From contig OX597831.1 of NCBI GenBank assembly GCA_951406725.2, forward strand, positions 47,182,001 to 47,246,000: a stretch of DNA of 64,000 nt, written 5' to 3'. How positions within the stretch are numbered: position 1 is the stretch's first letter; each line of letters begins with the position of its first letter. Source of the DNA: Octopus vulgaris. Its lineage: Eukaryota. Shown one piece after another: positions 1 to 13,316 of this stretch. The notes under the pieces were generated by a model, which was not told the origin of the DNA, did not search any database, and saw only the letters and a program-made list of their open reading frames with translations. The position numbers and the translations under genes are program-made.

Positions 1-169
1 TGTGGAACTCCTTCGTCTTTTAGTTGCCAAATGTGGCTGGTCAACGTTGTTACATATTGCCTTTCTGGGACTCTGAAGGAGGATCGATGGCTGGAAAAAC
101 ATTTCTTGAATGAATTTCTGGTACAACCAATATATTTCCGTGGACGTACAATTTCATTGTTTACCTATT

Positions 170-615
170 ATCGTTGTTGTTGGCACAGTTGCTGCTGCTG
201 TTGTTGCTGCTGCTGTTGATGTAGTTGTAGCTGTCGATGACATTGCTGCCATTGTCGATGTTGTTGCTGCTGCTGCTGTTGATATCGGTGCCGTTGTTGC
301 TGTCGATGACGATGTTGCTTTTGATGCTGTTGATGTTGTTGAAGCTGATGATGCTATTGATGATGATGTTGTTGCTGGTGTTGGTGATGGTGCCGGGGTT
401 ACTGCTGTTGGTGGTGGTGGTGGTGGTGCTGCTGAAAGTGGTGGATGCGTCAGTAATGTTACCACTCCTGTGTGTGTGTTGCTGGTAAAACACCTGCTTA
501 TGCTGTTACTAATGCTGCCAATATTGTCAATGTTGTTGCGGATGTTGTTATCGTCGATGGTGATGTTGCTGGAGCCGGGGCTCTTGGTGTTGGTGTTGGT
601 ATTGGTGGTGGGGCA
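170..615. repeat. Compound GNT trinucleotide low-complexity tract
   Basis: Mixed GCT/GTT/GAT/GGT runs. A similar tract lies at 34195-34360. Confidence 0.85.
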
Positions 616-860
616 TTGGTAATACTATCGCCGTTGCTTAGATACATATCAATGTATCTATGTATCTGTCTGTCTGCCTATTTTAGACACTCACTGTCAC
701 TCATGCACATGGTTCTTTGGTAAGAAGTTTACTTCCCAATTTGCTTCTTGGTTTCAGTCCCACTATGTTGCACTTTGGGCAAGTGCTTTTTACTATAACC
801 TGGGCTGACCAAAGCATTGTGAGTGGCATTAGCTGATGTTAACTGAAAGAAGCCCATTGT

Positions 861-896
<36 letters not shown>

Positions 897-1166
897 GTCT
901 TTTTGCCTTGACTTCATGTAATAGTTGTAAATGAATATCACCATCATGTAGTTGGTGTCCTTTGTTCCCAGTCTTCTGTGAAAACATGTCTCCCGTAGGA
1001 ATATGTTACTTGTTAAAAGGTGAGGGTTGGCAACAAGAAGGATGTCAGGCTGTAGAATATTTACCTCAACAAAATCCACCCAATCCATGTAAGCATGGTA
1101 AAATGGATGTTAAACAACAATGTAACTGACTAACCCCATCCCCTAGAATTTCGGGCCTTGTGCATT

Positions 1167-1372
1167 ATCATCATTTAACATCTGCTTTCCATGCTGGCAT
1201 GGGTTGGACGATTTGACTGAGGACTGGTGAGCCAGAGGCTGCACCAGGCTCAATCTGATCTGGCAAAGTTTCTGCCCTTCCTAACACCAACCCCTCTGAG
1301 AGTGTAGTAGGTGCTTCTACGTGCCACTGGCATGAGGACCAGTCAGGCGGTTCTGGCAATGACCATGCTCAA
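1167..1372 (-). mobile_element. Family C 3' fragment
   Basis: Homologous to 11057-11263. Confidence 0.7.
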
Positions 1373-1430
1373 GGAAAAAATTATTTGGTTAGATTCCTAC
1401 TTATGAAAAAAAAAAAATGTTGATAAAACT

Positions 1431-1520
1431 GCAAACCAAGAAACTCTTCTGGCAAGTGTTAAAAAGCTGAAAATGATGTGGCTTGGTCATGTAACTAAAT
1501 ACTGTGACACTGTCTCTAAT
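1431..1520 (+). mobile_element. RTE-clade LINE ORF remnant
   Basis: ANQETLLASVKKLKMMWLGHVTK resembles the RTE post-RT motif LL.TVKRRKL.W.GHV.R. Confidence 0.6.
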
Positions 1521-2550
1521 GAATACCATATTTGCTAGTGTACAGGGCATATACTTGCATAGGACAAAACCACTTCATTTTAGTGGGAAAACAAATTTGA
1601 TGTTTCCTCATGCAGTCATACACAAGGTATCCCATTTCTAATATGTTATCATTAGACACATGACAATTTCTGATACATTTAAGAGTCTAAAAAGTGTAGG
1701 GACAAATTCCTGGCAGAAGATGCGTAGGAAGAATACAAAACAACAAAAAATGGGCCGAGGGAGATGGTAGAAAACACAAGATTAGCTGATAACCAGGAAA
1801 AATAGCTGATAGATGATAGAGATTGTTGTGCTTGCTATATGCTTACAGCTTCCTTTGAATTTTGATGATGGGCTTTCTACTGACAACCATTTCACCTATA
1901 TTGTCTTAAGAGATTGGGGTTTGGAATTCATGGTCCCCAATCACTAACAGTTGTGTTTAAGGGCTGATTTAAACTACTGTATTTTCTAGATTAAGAGGGT
2001 TTTAAGTAGAAACCATTCTTGCCTTTGATTCAACTTCTCTGGGATTTTTGAGCAGTTCTTACTGCTTTGTAGCATAGACTGATCTCAGAGAAACAGAAGC
2101 CACCAAATAAACCATACAGAAAAGATGTACTTAACTTTTAAAACGTTCTTCATACAATTTTAGGTCTTTGAGAGGAAGCATGTTTTTCAAATGAATAAAA
2201 ATAATATTAAACAAAATGATAAATTTTTATTTTCACCTCGTCATCAAAATGAGTAATTCAAAAAGGAATGTGCTTTATCTGTGTTGCATCTGTGTTTCCT
2301 TTTGATGAAAGTTTCTGGTATTCAAAAATGAAAAACATAATGTAAATATTCACAGGTAGAATTGGACATCTTTTGTGAGTTACCCCATCCTCTGCATCTG
2401 GCAGTATTCTTTTCCTCTTACCACTTTATGCAAGTCAAATTCACATTATTTTTTCACTCTTTAATTGTTCTTCTCTGGTGCCAACTTTTAATCGTGTTCT
2501 TTCTTTATTGTTCATTCTTCCTTCTTTCAACAATTCTTTTATCGTTTCTT

Positions 2551-2922
2551 TTATCTTTTAATTGTTTCGATCATTGAACTGTGGCCATGCTTGAGCAACA
2601 CCTTACAGGATTTAATCAAACAAATTGACCCCAGTACTTATTTTTTAAACCTGGTACCTATTCTATCAGTATCTTTTACCTAACTGCTAAGTTACAGAGA
2701 TGTAAACTAACCAACACCAGTTGTCAAGTGGTGAGGGTGCAGGACAAGCAAACACACACACACACACACATGGCATGCTTCCACACAGTTTCTATCTACC
2801 AAATTCACTCACAAGACATTGGTTAACTTTGAGAGCTGCTGATACTGCTGTGTAGTGGAACTGAATCCAAAACCTTATGACTACAAAGTGAGCTTTTTAA
2901 CTACACAGCCATGCCTGCTCCT
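2551..2922 (-). mobile_element. SINE family A, diverged
   Basis: Colinear homology with 8248-8661. Confidence 0.7.
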
Positions 2923-3833
2923 ATTGATGATATTTCTATGTGAATCACTCAGAAAAGAGATAGAAACGTTGGTAGTCCCAACCCATTAGCATTGATTTTT
3001 TTTTTTTTTCTTTTTTGAGGATTTCAACTTTCACTAGGAGGTGTTATTTATAACTTATGTGTTCAAAATCAACTTCAAATAGTTATTGGTTCGTTACAAT
3101 TAAATCCAGTTTCAAACAGAAATTGACTTTTGTGCAGTGTGAAAACTTACCTTGAGAACCTGAATTTGTAAATATTCAAACTTGTCTGACTTCTGAAAGA
3201 TATATATTAAATGCATGAAAAATATATCTAAATGTCCTCTTTCTTCCCACCTTCCCCTCTCTATGAACATGTATGTATTTGTGTGTGTATGAAAATAGGA
3301 AGTCTATTTTTAGTTTATAAGTTATAATTATCATGAAGTTTGATATTACACTCTTTTGTTAAAAATGTAATTAGATCATTATTTGCTGCTGATAAGCTTT
3401 TGCCGACTCTGTTTGAGAAGTTTGATGTATTCTTTCAACCTTCTCTTCAACTTCATAAGAGGTAGCCTACTCTAAGAGATGATGTGCACTCTATATTAGT
3501 CAATTCACTTGTACAAATTGGCCCCTATTTGTACTGAGGTCATCAGTTTCACTGAAGTTAGCTGATGCTACATATAGCCAAACTATCATTACCTCATAAA
3601 TGTATGCCTTTTGCTAAGACTTTCAACACAAGATTCAGTAGCTTGATTTTTGCGATTTTTTTTTCTTTTTCCTGAGTTTCATAGGCTGTGTCACTGAACT
3701 TCTGAAAGTAAGTTCAGTCAAAACTAGTCTTTTTGAATGCAAAACTCTATTAGTCAGGTAAGATAGTGTGAGCCATTACCCATTGTTTGGGGAAGATGAA
3801 CTTTCAGTGCAAATTATAAAAGAGACTCTTTCT

Positions 3834-3995
3834 TTAGTCCTTCTTCATTCCCTTGGTCATCAATGACTTTCCTCCTCTCTTCTTGACTGTGAACTGTCTT
3901 TTCTGCTTCTCTCTTATTGAATCCCTGCTTTCTCAGCTCTGCTTCAGTACCCAGCCTCCAGGTATTTTTAGGGCATCCTCTCTTCCATCACCTCT
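3834..3995 (-). mobile_element. RTE-clade LINE 3' remnant
   Basis: The minus strand gives WKRGCPKNTWRLGTEAELRKQGFNKREAEKTV, resembling the RTE C-terminal KRGRPKNTWRR..EAEL motif. Confidence 0.65.
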
Positions 3996-5200
3996 GTAGG
4001 CAAATGTTTTCGTGAGGGAAGGTCTTCCTCTCTCAGGTTTTGATGGCTTTTATTTATTGTTGATGCGTCTATAACTTTGGTTTTTGTCTTACCCATTACA
4101 ATTCGTATTGGCATTACGGCCCTTAATGTTTGCCTTCGTCAATTGTTTACTTTGTATATCCATTCTGTTGTTGTTTGTTCACTTGAAGCCCAAAATCTCC
4201 ACAAATTTTATATTTCTAAAATTTCTAGATGCTGCTGTCTTATGAAGTTTTCCTATCTTGTCGTTAAAAGCATGAAATAGGGAGTAGTAAAACAGGTGAC
4301 AACTGATGAGCAAGTTATCTTCTTTTGGAATTTGTCCTGTACTTATCTCTCTCATGTGTTTATGTAGTTTTCACTCGTTGGTGATGTCCTGTACTTGTAT
4401 TTGTTTTGGTATTTAGTCCTGTATTTATCTCTCATTTGTTTACATATTTTTCACTTGGTGATATCCTGTACTTAATGTGTATTTATATATATACTTCTTT
4501 TCTATATTTTATCTCCGAGAATAGGTAAATCCATATTAAGTCTGACCTCTATCCTTTGACCTGTCCAGCATTGGAAGGTCTACAAGGAGCTTGTTCTCCA
4601 CTGGCATAACTCTTGGGCCCACTGAGGTACTCAAGCTACTACCCTGGAACAAGGACTAGACCTTATGGTGGATAAATGAAACTCTATTCATATCTTCATC
4701 GGGTGTTTCTGTTATTGTCTATGCCTCACTGCTATTGAACAATTGTTTTCAGTGTAAGCTGTAAAATGTAGTATTGTAATTCTTCCTGCCTAGCAACTTC
4801 AACACCTGACGTAGTCATAGAGATATGTGGGCATGTCTTAAGCATTTTAAATCTGGCAGAGCCAGTTCCTTTCTAGATTCAATTTCAACTAATTTCTTCC
4901 AAGGTGAAAATGAGTATGAAAGAGAGAACATAAACCAACTAGCACCACTTGTCAAGGGAAGTGTGGACACACACACACACACACACACTTCTGTGGAGTT
5001 TCTGTCTATCATATTCGCTTCCAAGAGCTAAGGCAGAAGACAACTACTGAAGGTGTTGCACAGTGGGACTAAACTGAAAACTATTTGATTGTAAAACAAG
5101 CAATTTCTGCTTTTTTCTATCCAAAATGATCTTTAACACAATATTTAAACACTAATATCTATGCATACATGCATGCAATTATATATATATATATATATAT

Positions 5201-5427
5201 TTCTTTACTACCCGCAAGGAGCTAAACACAGAGGGGACAAACAACGACAGAAAAACGGATTAAGTCGATTACATCGACCTCAGTGCGTAACTGGTACTTA
5301 ATTTATCGACCTCAAAAGGATGAAAGGCAAAGTCGACCTCGGCAGAATTTGAACTCAGAACGCAGTGGCGGACGAAATACCGCAAAGCATTTCACCCGGC
5401 GTGCTAACGATTCTGCCAGCTCGCCCC
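5201..5427 (-). mobile_element. tRNA-derived SINE family B
   Basis: Head GGCGAGCTGGCAGAATCGTTAGC..GAGTTCAAATTC and body GTCGACTTTGCCTTTCATCCTT. Multiple copies. Confidence 0.8.
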
Positions 5428-5486
5428 TATATATATATATATTTATATATATACACACACATATACATACAGACATATAGACATAC

Positions 5487-5546
<60 letters not shown>

Positions 5547-6358
5547 GGCTCTCTCATTAGCCTTCGTGAACATGTAGAAGCTTCCACGTTGGCTTCCAGT
5601 TACCACATGAAGTTTAGAAGTTATACAGCAGTATGTACTTTCATACGAAATACACCTTTCAAGAAGAGCATTAAGAAAGGGCAGATGGCAATTCATGTGC
5701 TCCCATATGAATTTATCATGTGATTATCACACAGCAGTTCCTAGCTAGTCTAGAGAATGCTGCTTGGTTGTTATCTTAGTATTATGGATAGGCTTTTCTT
5801 TAATAGAATGCAGTTTCGCAATTGTGCTTAATGTAAACCACAGGAACATATGGCATATATTTGAGAATTTCTAGCACACCTTTTGATGGCACCTGAACAG
5901 GGAAGGAGGTAGAAAGATAAAGGAAAAAGCAGAGAGAAAGAGAGAGGGGGGGGAGAGAGAAAATGTGTTGGAGAGAGAGGGGAGAGGAGAGAGAGAGAAG
6001 TAGATAAACACCTACTGGACATTTGTTAAATGCTAATTAATCTACCTGCCTCTAACAATATTACATGCATAAGCACATTTATGCACACAAACATATTTCA
6101 CATGCATACATACATACACACACGCACGCGCACACACACACACTTGAAAGGAAGTCCTATTTTGCATCAGTATGTAGCAAGTAGCTAGGCAGAATGAATC
6201 CAGAGTACCTTGTCCTGTCTGTTTCTTGCTGTCTTTGTCTGTCTGTCTGTCTCTCTCTCTCTATCTATCTATCTCTCCAAAAAGAAAAGCTCTACTTTGT
6301 AATTTGTCCCCTCTGTGTTCAGCCCTGTGTGGCTAATAAAGAAACATCTATCTATCTA

Positions 6359-6427
<69 letters not shown>

Positions 6428-6934
6428 TTATATATACACACACACAGAGTTTTTATTTATTTTTATTTATGTATATATACATACATACACATAGGAATAT
6501 ATATCATTCAACCTCCTGTAAACTTACCAACAAATAAACTTATTGAGAAATTACTGAGAGACGACATCCACATAGCAAACAATAGTCAAGCGTATGTTAA
6601 CGTTAGCATTTAATGAAGAAGGGAACATTGAGAAGCTAATGAAAAATAATGAGACATTGAGAAGACAATATTAGTCAATAACAATATTATTTTATTTATT
6701 TTGGCAAATATGGGAAATAACTCAAGACATGTTATTACACTGCCTCAGCAAAGCATAATCTTAATCAGTTTAAACTGAAAGGTTTTATTGTTTTGACAAT
6801 TCACAGTTTAGAATTTGAGCCCTACCAATGTTAACTCAGTTTAACATTCCTTTTGAGATAACAAAAATAAAAACAATTTAATATAGCATTTTGATAAGTT
6901 ATGAAAATGTACATGTTGAAGTTGTTGTTTAGCT

Positions 6935-7159
6935 CTAAATGAGCAAAATGCCCCCCGTCCAATGGACGGTGCTGATGTACTTGCTCGTACAAATGCATGT
7001 TCCCACAGTTTTATCGATCGCATTCTCACCTGGAATTGATTTTTGTAATTTTTTCAAGACTTATACATGCCCTGATACTGTCGGTGAGCACAATCGGATG
7101 GAGGATGCCCGATATCCTAGAAGACACACAGACAGACAGAATGGATTTTATATAATAGA
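6935..7159 (-). mobile_element. Internally deleted copy of the 45138-45753 Helitron-like family
   Basis: Both termini are shared (TCTATTATATAAAATCC..; hairpin CCGTCCATTGGACGG) and the middle is missing. Confidence 0.65.
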
Positions 7160-7224
7160 TTAATCCTATCTTTGACCACAATGTTTATTTTTTTGTCTTC
7201 CTGTATCTTCCATTTCGTTTTTAA

Positions 7225-7445
7225 CCCTTTAGCTTTTAAATCACTCTATCAAATGTAATGCTTATTTATTTATATTGTTTGGAATTAATCATGCATTACC
7301 TTGTAACTTTGAGACTGCAATGATGGTGATTGTTCATTTTTAGAATAACATTATAGGGTAGGTATGAGAGGCTGGATCTGTACAGTTTGAACATAAAGCT
7401 GGTAGAATATTTTGGCTGGATATGACTGGTTTAGATGCTAAAGGG
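7225..7445 (+). mobile_element. piggyBac-type MITE
   Basis: TTAA TSD on both sides and TIRs CCCTTTAGC/GCTAAAGGG. Confidence 0.8.
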
Positions 7446-8175
7446 TTAAGACAGAAAGTTGTAACTTGAAGATCTGGCAGCTTTATTGTATTCTCTTGAG
7501 CAACTTCATTGAGGTTCCCACAATGCTTGTTAAAATTCTGTTTTACTACATCAGCTCTGATTGAAGAGATTTATGATTGAAGCTGTAGCAGTTGTGACAT
7601 CCAGTCTTTGTGTTTTTAGAACTAGATTTGTCTCTTTGTTTCCTAAGTGGTAGGTTATTATTTAAAAATTAAGTTGGCAACAGTTTCTGACAAGTTAACA
7701 ACTGCATAGAACTTCTTAGATGTCACAAAAAGATAAAACACTTTGATTTCTCAAGTTGTGATGTATATTAGTACCAACATCACTAAGCTATCATGATCTG
7801 ATGAGAACTTGTATGTTCAACATAATATGGTTGTAAACCAAGCTATGATTAAATCTTGTTTAGCTCCAGGTAAAGAAGATATAAAATTTACTAGCAACAT
7901 GATGAAGGGCAAACTAGCCATGACCATTCCATCTTTCAAGACATAATTCATCTCAGATTACAGTACCCAATACCTAGCAGTGACTCCCCTGCCTTTTTTC
8001 AAGGTTATAAAGATTACATTTTCTAGTATGTACTTTATTTAAGACAAGATATAATATGAGGAATATTTGACTGCTATTTCTTTCAGGTTCAGCATTCACA
8101 TAGACACTTCCACATTGGTTCATATTACATTTTGCTTGTGTATCACAAGTTTCTGTGACACACAAGCAGGATCTA

Positions 8176-8214
<39 letters not shown>

Positions 8215-8247
8215 CAGTCAGTCTATGTATGTATGTGTGCATGTGTT

Positions 8248-8661
8248 ACTCTTTTTACTCTTTTACTTATTTCAGTCATTTGACTGCGGCCATGCTAGAG
8301 CACCGTGTTTAGTCAAGCAAATCGACTCCAGAACTTATTCTTTGTAAGCCTAGTACTTATTCTATCGGTCTCTTTTGCTGACTGCTAAGTAACGGGGACG
8401 TAAACACACCAGCATCGGTTGTCAAGCGATGTTGGGGTGACAAACACAGACACGCAAACAACATATACACACACATACATATATATATTTATATATATAT
8501 ATACGACAGGCTTCTTTCAGTTTCCATCTACCAAATCCACTCACAAGGCTTTGGTCGGCCCGAGGCTATAGTAGAAGACACTTGCCCAAGGTGCCACGCA
8601 GTAGGACTGAACCCATAACTATGTGGTTGGTAAGCAAGCTACTTACCACACAGCCACTCCT
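8248..8661 (-). mobile_element. tRNA-derived SINE family A (dominant family), near full length
   Basis: Head GGAGTGGCTGTGTGGTAAG..GGTTCAGTCC, CCTTGGGCAAGTGTCTT body, internal microsatellite, tail ..GACTGAAATAAGTAAAAGAG. More than 15 copies in the window. Confidence 0.85.
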
Positions 8662-9021
8662 GTATGTATTGCTTTGTTTAAAAAAATGAAAGTTTTCTTC
8701 ACTTTCTGCTTATTTGCCTGTTCTACTAAACTATTTTTTCTTATGTTGGTTATAAAATATGTATTTTAATTTAAGCTATGAATAGATTCAAGGCCATGTG
8801 TTTTGAGGTGAATACACCAGTATTTGACTGAAATATTCCAGTAGTTGACTATTATTTGTTTGAACTACTACTGGATTGTCCACATGATTGCTTGACTACT
8901 TGCTAAAAGTAAAATGTCTCTCAAACAACACCTTGCATCAGATAACATAGTCTGGGGATAAGCTATTTCAGGAAAGTGGCTGGAATGATTTTGCTCCTAG
9001 GTCAGCTCCAGCAAGGCTGAC

Positions 9022-9023
<2 letters not shown>

Positions 9024-9086
<63 letters not shown>

Positions 9087-9098
9087 TGTGTGTGTGTG
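9024..9098. repeat. (AG)n(TG)n microsatellite
   Basis: Directly visible; one of many dinucleotide tracts. Confidence 0.95.
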
Positions 9099-9689
9099 TT
9101 AAACAACAAATGGTACTTAATTTATCAATCCCAGAAAGATAAAAGTCAAGGTTGAGCTTCTTCTCAGAAAATAAATGAAAAGTAGAATAGTCACTCAACT
9201 TCCTACAAATAGCTCCAAATCCCTCCTATATCACATCCTACCATCTTACAAAAACAAAAAAGAAAAGATGAAAGGTAAGGAAAGAAGACAAAGGTTAATG
9301 GAGTCCTAGATGCACTGTTTCTGGCGGCCTTGTCTTTTTGATCATTTGTTTGTTCAGTCAGGGCTGACCTAGGGTTAAATAACAGCATCAGCAAAAGAAG
9401 CAGACTAATGTATTAATTTGAGATTTATGTAATATTGGATGGATACTAATTAATAGGACTAGCTTTTCATTATATTAATTAGACTATAAGTTAGAGAAAT
9501 GAAGCTTCATTTCACATGTAATTACAGTTTAATTAAAAAAAATATAATGAATTTCTAATATGGTCACATGACCACACCACACCACTTGTTGAGAGAATAG
9601 TTGATTAAGTTGACCCTAGTGCTTCACTGGATGTCTATGTATTGGTCCCAAAAGGTTGAAAGGTAAAGTCAATTGAGGCAGGATTTAAA

Positions 9690-9973
9690 CAGCTCCCATG
9701 AATTTCGGAAACATTTTTTCACGCTCAGAGTTGCTGAAGCATGGAACAAACTGCCTGCATCAGTTGTTGACTGCCAAGACACTGCATCCTTTAAGGCCCT
9801 CATGCTTTCCGAAATCCGCCGAAACTACACCTGATTGTTCCCCTTCCATACTCATACACATATGTGTATGTCATGACTCATACACTGTTCTTTTCCTGAC
9901 GCTTGTACATTACCCTATGTACTATACATACACTTTAGATGAGTTGTAGTGCACCTGAGCACTGTACACAATG

Positions 9974-10013
<40 letters not shown>
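9690..10013 (+). mobile_element. CR1-clade LINE 3' fragment with (ATT)n tail
   Basis: 9691-9834 encodes SSHEFRKHFFTLRVAEAWNKLPASVVDCQDTASFKALML...*, the typical CR1 ORF2 C-terminus. A 3' UTR and (ATT)n tail follow. Confidence 0.85.
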
Positions 10014-10014
<1 letters not shown>

Positions 10015-10280
10015 ATAGAATGTAACTAAAACCCACGGGATATTGTGTCTGCTGCTGTATGCATGCTACCAACCCACCACCAAATGTAGCAATTTACATA
10101 TGGAAAACGGAAATGTAGAATAAACAGCATGTTCTATGATTTTTTCATTTTATTCCTTGTGATTACTTTTAGATGGGGCCTTTTGGATAACAATAGACAG
10201 TTGATAACATTAAGCAGAAGGCAAAACAATATCTTAACCATTTGAAAGTATTAGCTATGATTTTAGTTAGTGGATTCCTC

Positions 10281-10324
<44 letters not shown>

Positions 10325-10355
10325 CATACATACACATATATATATATATAATGGA

Positions 10356-10650
10356 TTCTCCTGTTGTTAGATGGCGTATGAGGGTTCAACAGCTTCTTAC
10401 TGAACAACCACTCAGATGATTTGTTTATAGTGATCAAAAGTTTGTGTAGACATAAGCCCACTCCCTTCATCAGATCGATATTACCTGTATAGGTGCAACA
10501 GATGCCACATGTCAGATGTTGAAATGATCGCAGAGCAACGTGAAATGAAGTGCTTTGCTCAAGAACACAATGCAATGCCCAGTCTGGGAATCGAACCCAC
10601 GATCTTGCAATCGTGAGTGCAACACCTTGACCACTAAGCCATGTGCCTTC
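10356..10650 (-). mobile_element. Family D-related SINE
   Basis: Minus-strand head TGGCTTAGTGG..GGTTCGATTCCC and body TTCTTGAGCAAAGCACTT. Confidence 0.7.
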
Positions 10651-11054
10651 ACACACACACACACACACACATACACACACTGCTTTCCAAGCACATTGTT
10701 TTCCGTTCAGTTTGACTGCATGGCATCTTGGATTGGTATCTTCTACTACTACAGCCTCCACCTAACCTGGACCTTACAAGTGGATTTGGTAGATGGAGAC
10801 TTAAAAACTCATTATGTGGATACGTTTGTGTTTTCTTGTGTTGACACAATGATAATTGCAAATGGATGACATTTCATACAGGCAGTGTCATACATTTCCA
10901 GTATTCTATGAAAATATGTCCAGCCAGAGGGAGACATATTGCTCGGAAACAGGTGAGTGTTGGTGTCTTAAAGGGAATTCATCTGTAGAAAAACCTACCT
11001 CAATAAATTCCATCTGACCCATGCAAGCATGGGAAAGGTTGTTAATACACAGAT

Positions 11055-11056
<2 letters not shown>

Positions 11057-11088
<32 letters not shown>

Positions 11089-11263
11089 GTTTAACGTCCG
11101 TTTTCCGCGCTAGCATGGGTTGGACGGTTCGACCGGGGTCTGAGAAGCCAGGGGCTGCTCCAGGCTCCAGTCTGATCTGGCAGAGTTTCTACGGCTGGAT
11201 GCCCTTCCTAACGCCAACCACTCCGCGAGTGTAGTGGGTGCTTTTTACGTGCCACCTGCACGG
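11057..11263 (-). mobile_element. Family C 3' fragment
   Basis: (ATC)n followed by GTTTAACGTCCGTTTTCC..GGATGCCCTTCCTAACGCC. Confidence 0.75.
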
Positions 11264-11598
11264 CAATGATATATATTTAAAGATAACAACTGTCACTCAC
11301 AAGTGAGCACGACTTGGGAGTGTGTGCTTGGCTTTAGCTAATTGTTTTAGGTGCCTATGTAGTTGCACACAGACATAAACATTCCACCCCACCTCCCTTT
11401 GCATTCCCTCTCTTGACCTAGCAGAACATCCACCATTTGTCAGCATTCGGCGGATAATCATTTCAGTTGAGCAAACTGGAGCAACATGAACTGAATCACA
11501 TTACTTAAGGATACAACTTATTGCCCACTCTAGTCGAAGAATCAAACCCATGAGCTTAGGATTAGAAGCTCAACACTCAAACCATTGGGGGTCACACA

Positions 11599-11633
<35 letters not shown>

Positions 11634-11637
<4 letters not shown>

Positions 11638-11954
11638 TCAGTGGTAAGAGCGTCGTGCTTACGAACGTGAGGTTGTGAGCTCGAATCCTGGACCGGGCTG
11701 CGTGTTGTGTTCTTGAGCAAGGCACTTTATTTCACGTTGCTCCAGTTCACTCAGCTGTAGAAATGAGTTGCGACATCACTGGTGCCAAGCTGTATTGACC
11801 TTTGTCTTTCCCTTGGATAACACTGGTGGCGTGGAGAGGGAGGCTGGTATGCATGGGCGACTGCTGGTCTTCCATAAACAACCTTGCCCGGACTTGTGTC
11901 TAGGAGGGTAACTTTCTAGGTGCAATCCCATGGTCATTCATGACCGAAGGGGGT
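11634..11954 (+). mobile_element. tRNA-derived SINE family D
   Basis: A-box TGGCTCAGTGG, B-box-like GCTCGAATCC, and body TTCTTGAGCAAGGCACTTTATTTCACG. TA-flanked. Confidence 0.8.
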
Positions 11955-11987
11955 CCACTGAAAAATATATATATATATATATTAATA

Positions 11988-12373
11988 CAGTGATACTTCA
12001 CTGTACAAGTTTAATTTGTTCCAAGACTGAGCTCATCTTACAATTTACTTGTTTTACAAATCAATTTTCTCCGTTGAAATTAACTAAAATATAATTAATC
12101 TGTTCCAGCCCCACAAAACCACCCGAAAATAATTTTTCGTGGGTTTTAAAACAGAAAAAGTGTAGCTGCAAGTAAAATGACAATTATCAAAAAAGAGGAT
12201 GCAAAAGAAATATGTAAACTGGTTTTATTAACTGAATTACCTTAAAGATGGGACAATTTTTGTGCTTGTACTGTGGATTTCCGCTCGTACTTCAAGACAA
12301 AAATTTGTACGAATCTTGGCCTGTACAGTAAATGACTTGTACAATGGGGCAGTCATACTGTGAGGTTCTACTG
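11988..12373. mobile_element. Tigger/pogo-like MITE (degenerate)
   Basis: Starts TA-CAGTGATACTTCACTGTA and ends TACTGTGAGGTTCTACTG, forming imperfect CAGT..ACTG TIRs. Confidence 0.5.
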
Positions 12374-12395
12374 TGTATATATGTATATATGTTTA

Positions 12396-12433
<38 letters not shown>

Positions 12434-12437
12434 TATA

Positions 12438-12829
12438 CTAGCAGTATCGCCTGGGGTTGCTCGGATTTGTTTCGACCCTTTAGAATTGGAATTTTTGTAA
12501 AATAAAATTTTTGCATTATGTAGCTTGTTATTCTCTTTAAGTGAACATTTTTCTGGTTGAAATACACCATAAAATGGCAACACAGCAGTCAAAAGATCAT
12601 AAAAAATAGGGATTTTCATAGAAAAAAAAGCACCTTTTTGATGTAAATAATTTTTGGTGTTAACATGGTCTGATTTGAATTTTTTCTTCTACAGAAGGAA
12701 GAGCAAGCCTTCTTCTATCATACTCTCAATTTGATCAACTTGCACTGCAGGGTCTCGGAGGAGATAGTGTTAGTTGAAGGCTACCAAACCTGCCATACAC
12801 AGACAACTTCAGCTTTATATCTATAGAGA
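12438..12829 (-). mobile_element. Non-autonomous Helitron
   Basis: The minus strand reads A|TCTCTATAGATATAAAGCTGAAG...CCGAGCAACCCCAGG-CGATACTG-CTAG|T. It shows a 5' TC, a 3' CTAG, a degenerate hairpin and an A/T target. Confidence 0.8.
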
Positions 12830-13169
12830 TAGGTATATATTTATATATATAATTGCACAGATATAAGTCCAGTAAATATGGGTAACCTAATAGAATTGTC
12901 AATTTGTCAATATTTAATTGAATAATTTATGTAATTCCTGAACTATTTATGAATTATATGATAATGGTAAGTAAACAGCTGCAATTAAATGAATAGGCTA
13001 CTGTTTATAGACTACAATAATAGCTTTATCTGTGGTAATTAGGAAAGCTCTATTAGCAAAATAGTAATACAAATAATAAAGCAATGGAATAAATTTTATG
13101 TGTTGAGAAGGAATAGAAGTCTAAACATTTTGGACATTGTCATTCTTCAGAAAAAGAATATAAGAAATA

Positions 13170-13293
13170 CTCTCTTACTCTTTACTCTTTTACTTGTTTC
13201 AGTCATTTGACTGTGGCCATGCTGGAGCACTGCCTTTAGTCGTGCAAATCGACCCCAGAACTTATTCTTTGTAAGCCTAGTACTTATTCTATC
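13170..13293 (-). mobile_element. SINE family A, 3' part
   Basis: Matches the family A tail. Confidence 0.75.
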
Positions 13294-13316
13294 AGGAAAT
13301 TGTTACATTATATGGT

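Noticed and set aside
31-723. Overlapping ORFs rich in V/A/D, T/S/A or L/M
   Set aside because: They arise from the stop-free GNT trinucleotide tract; no domain or splice support.
3380-3705. Minus-strand coding-like segment with AG/GT boundaries
   Set aside because: Stops occur in all frames of the candidate exon. It is more likely a decayed LINE, and I could not classify it.
5545-5615. Short hairpins (GAAGGCT/AGCCTTC) after (TA)n as another ribozyme element
   Set aside because: Stems are only 5-7 bp and there is no CUGANGA/GAAA core on either strand.
11634-11705. tRNA gene
   Set aside because: It continues directly into a SINE body; the acceptor stem is not formed.
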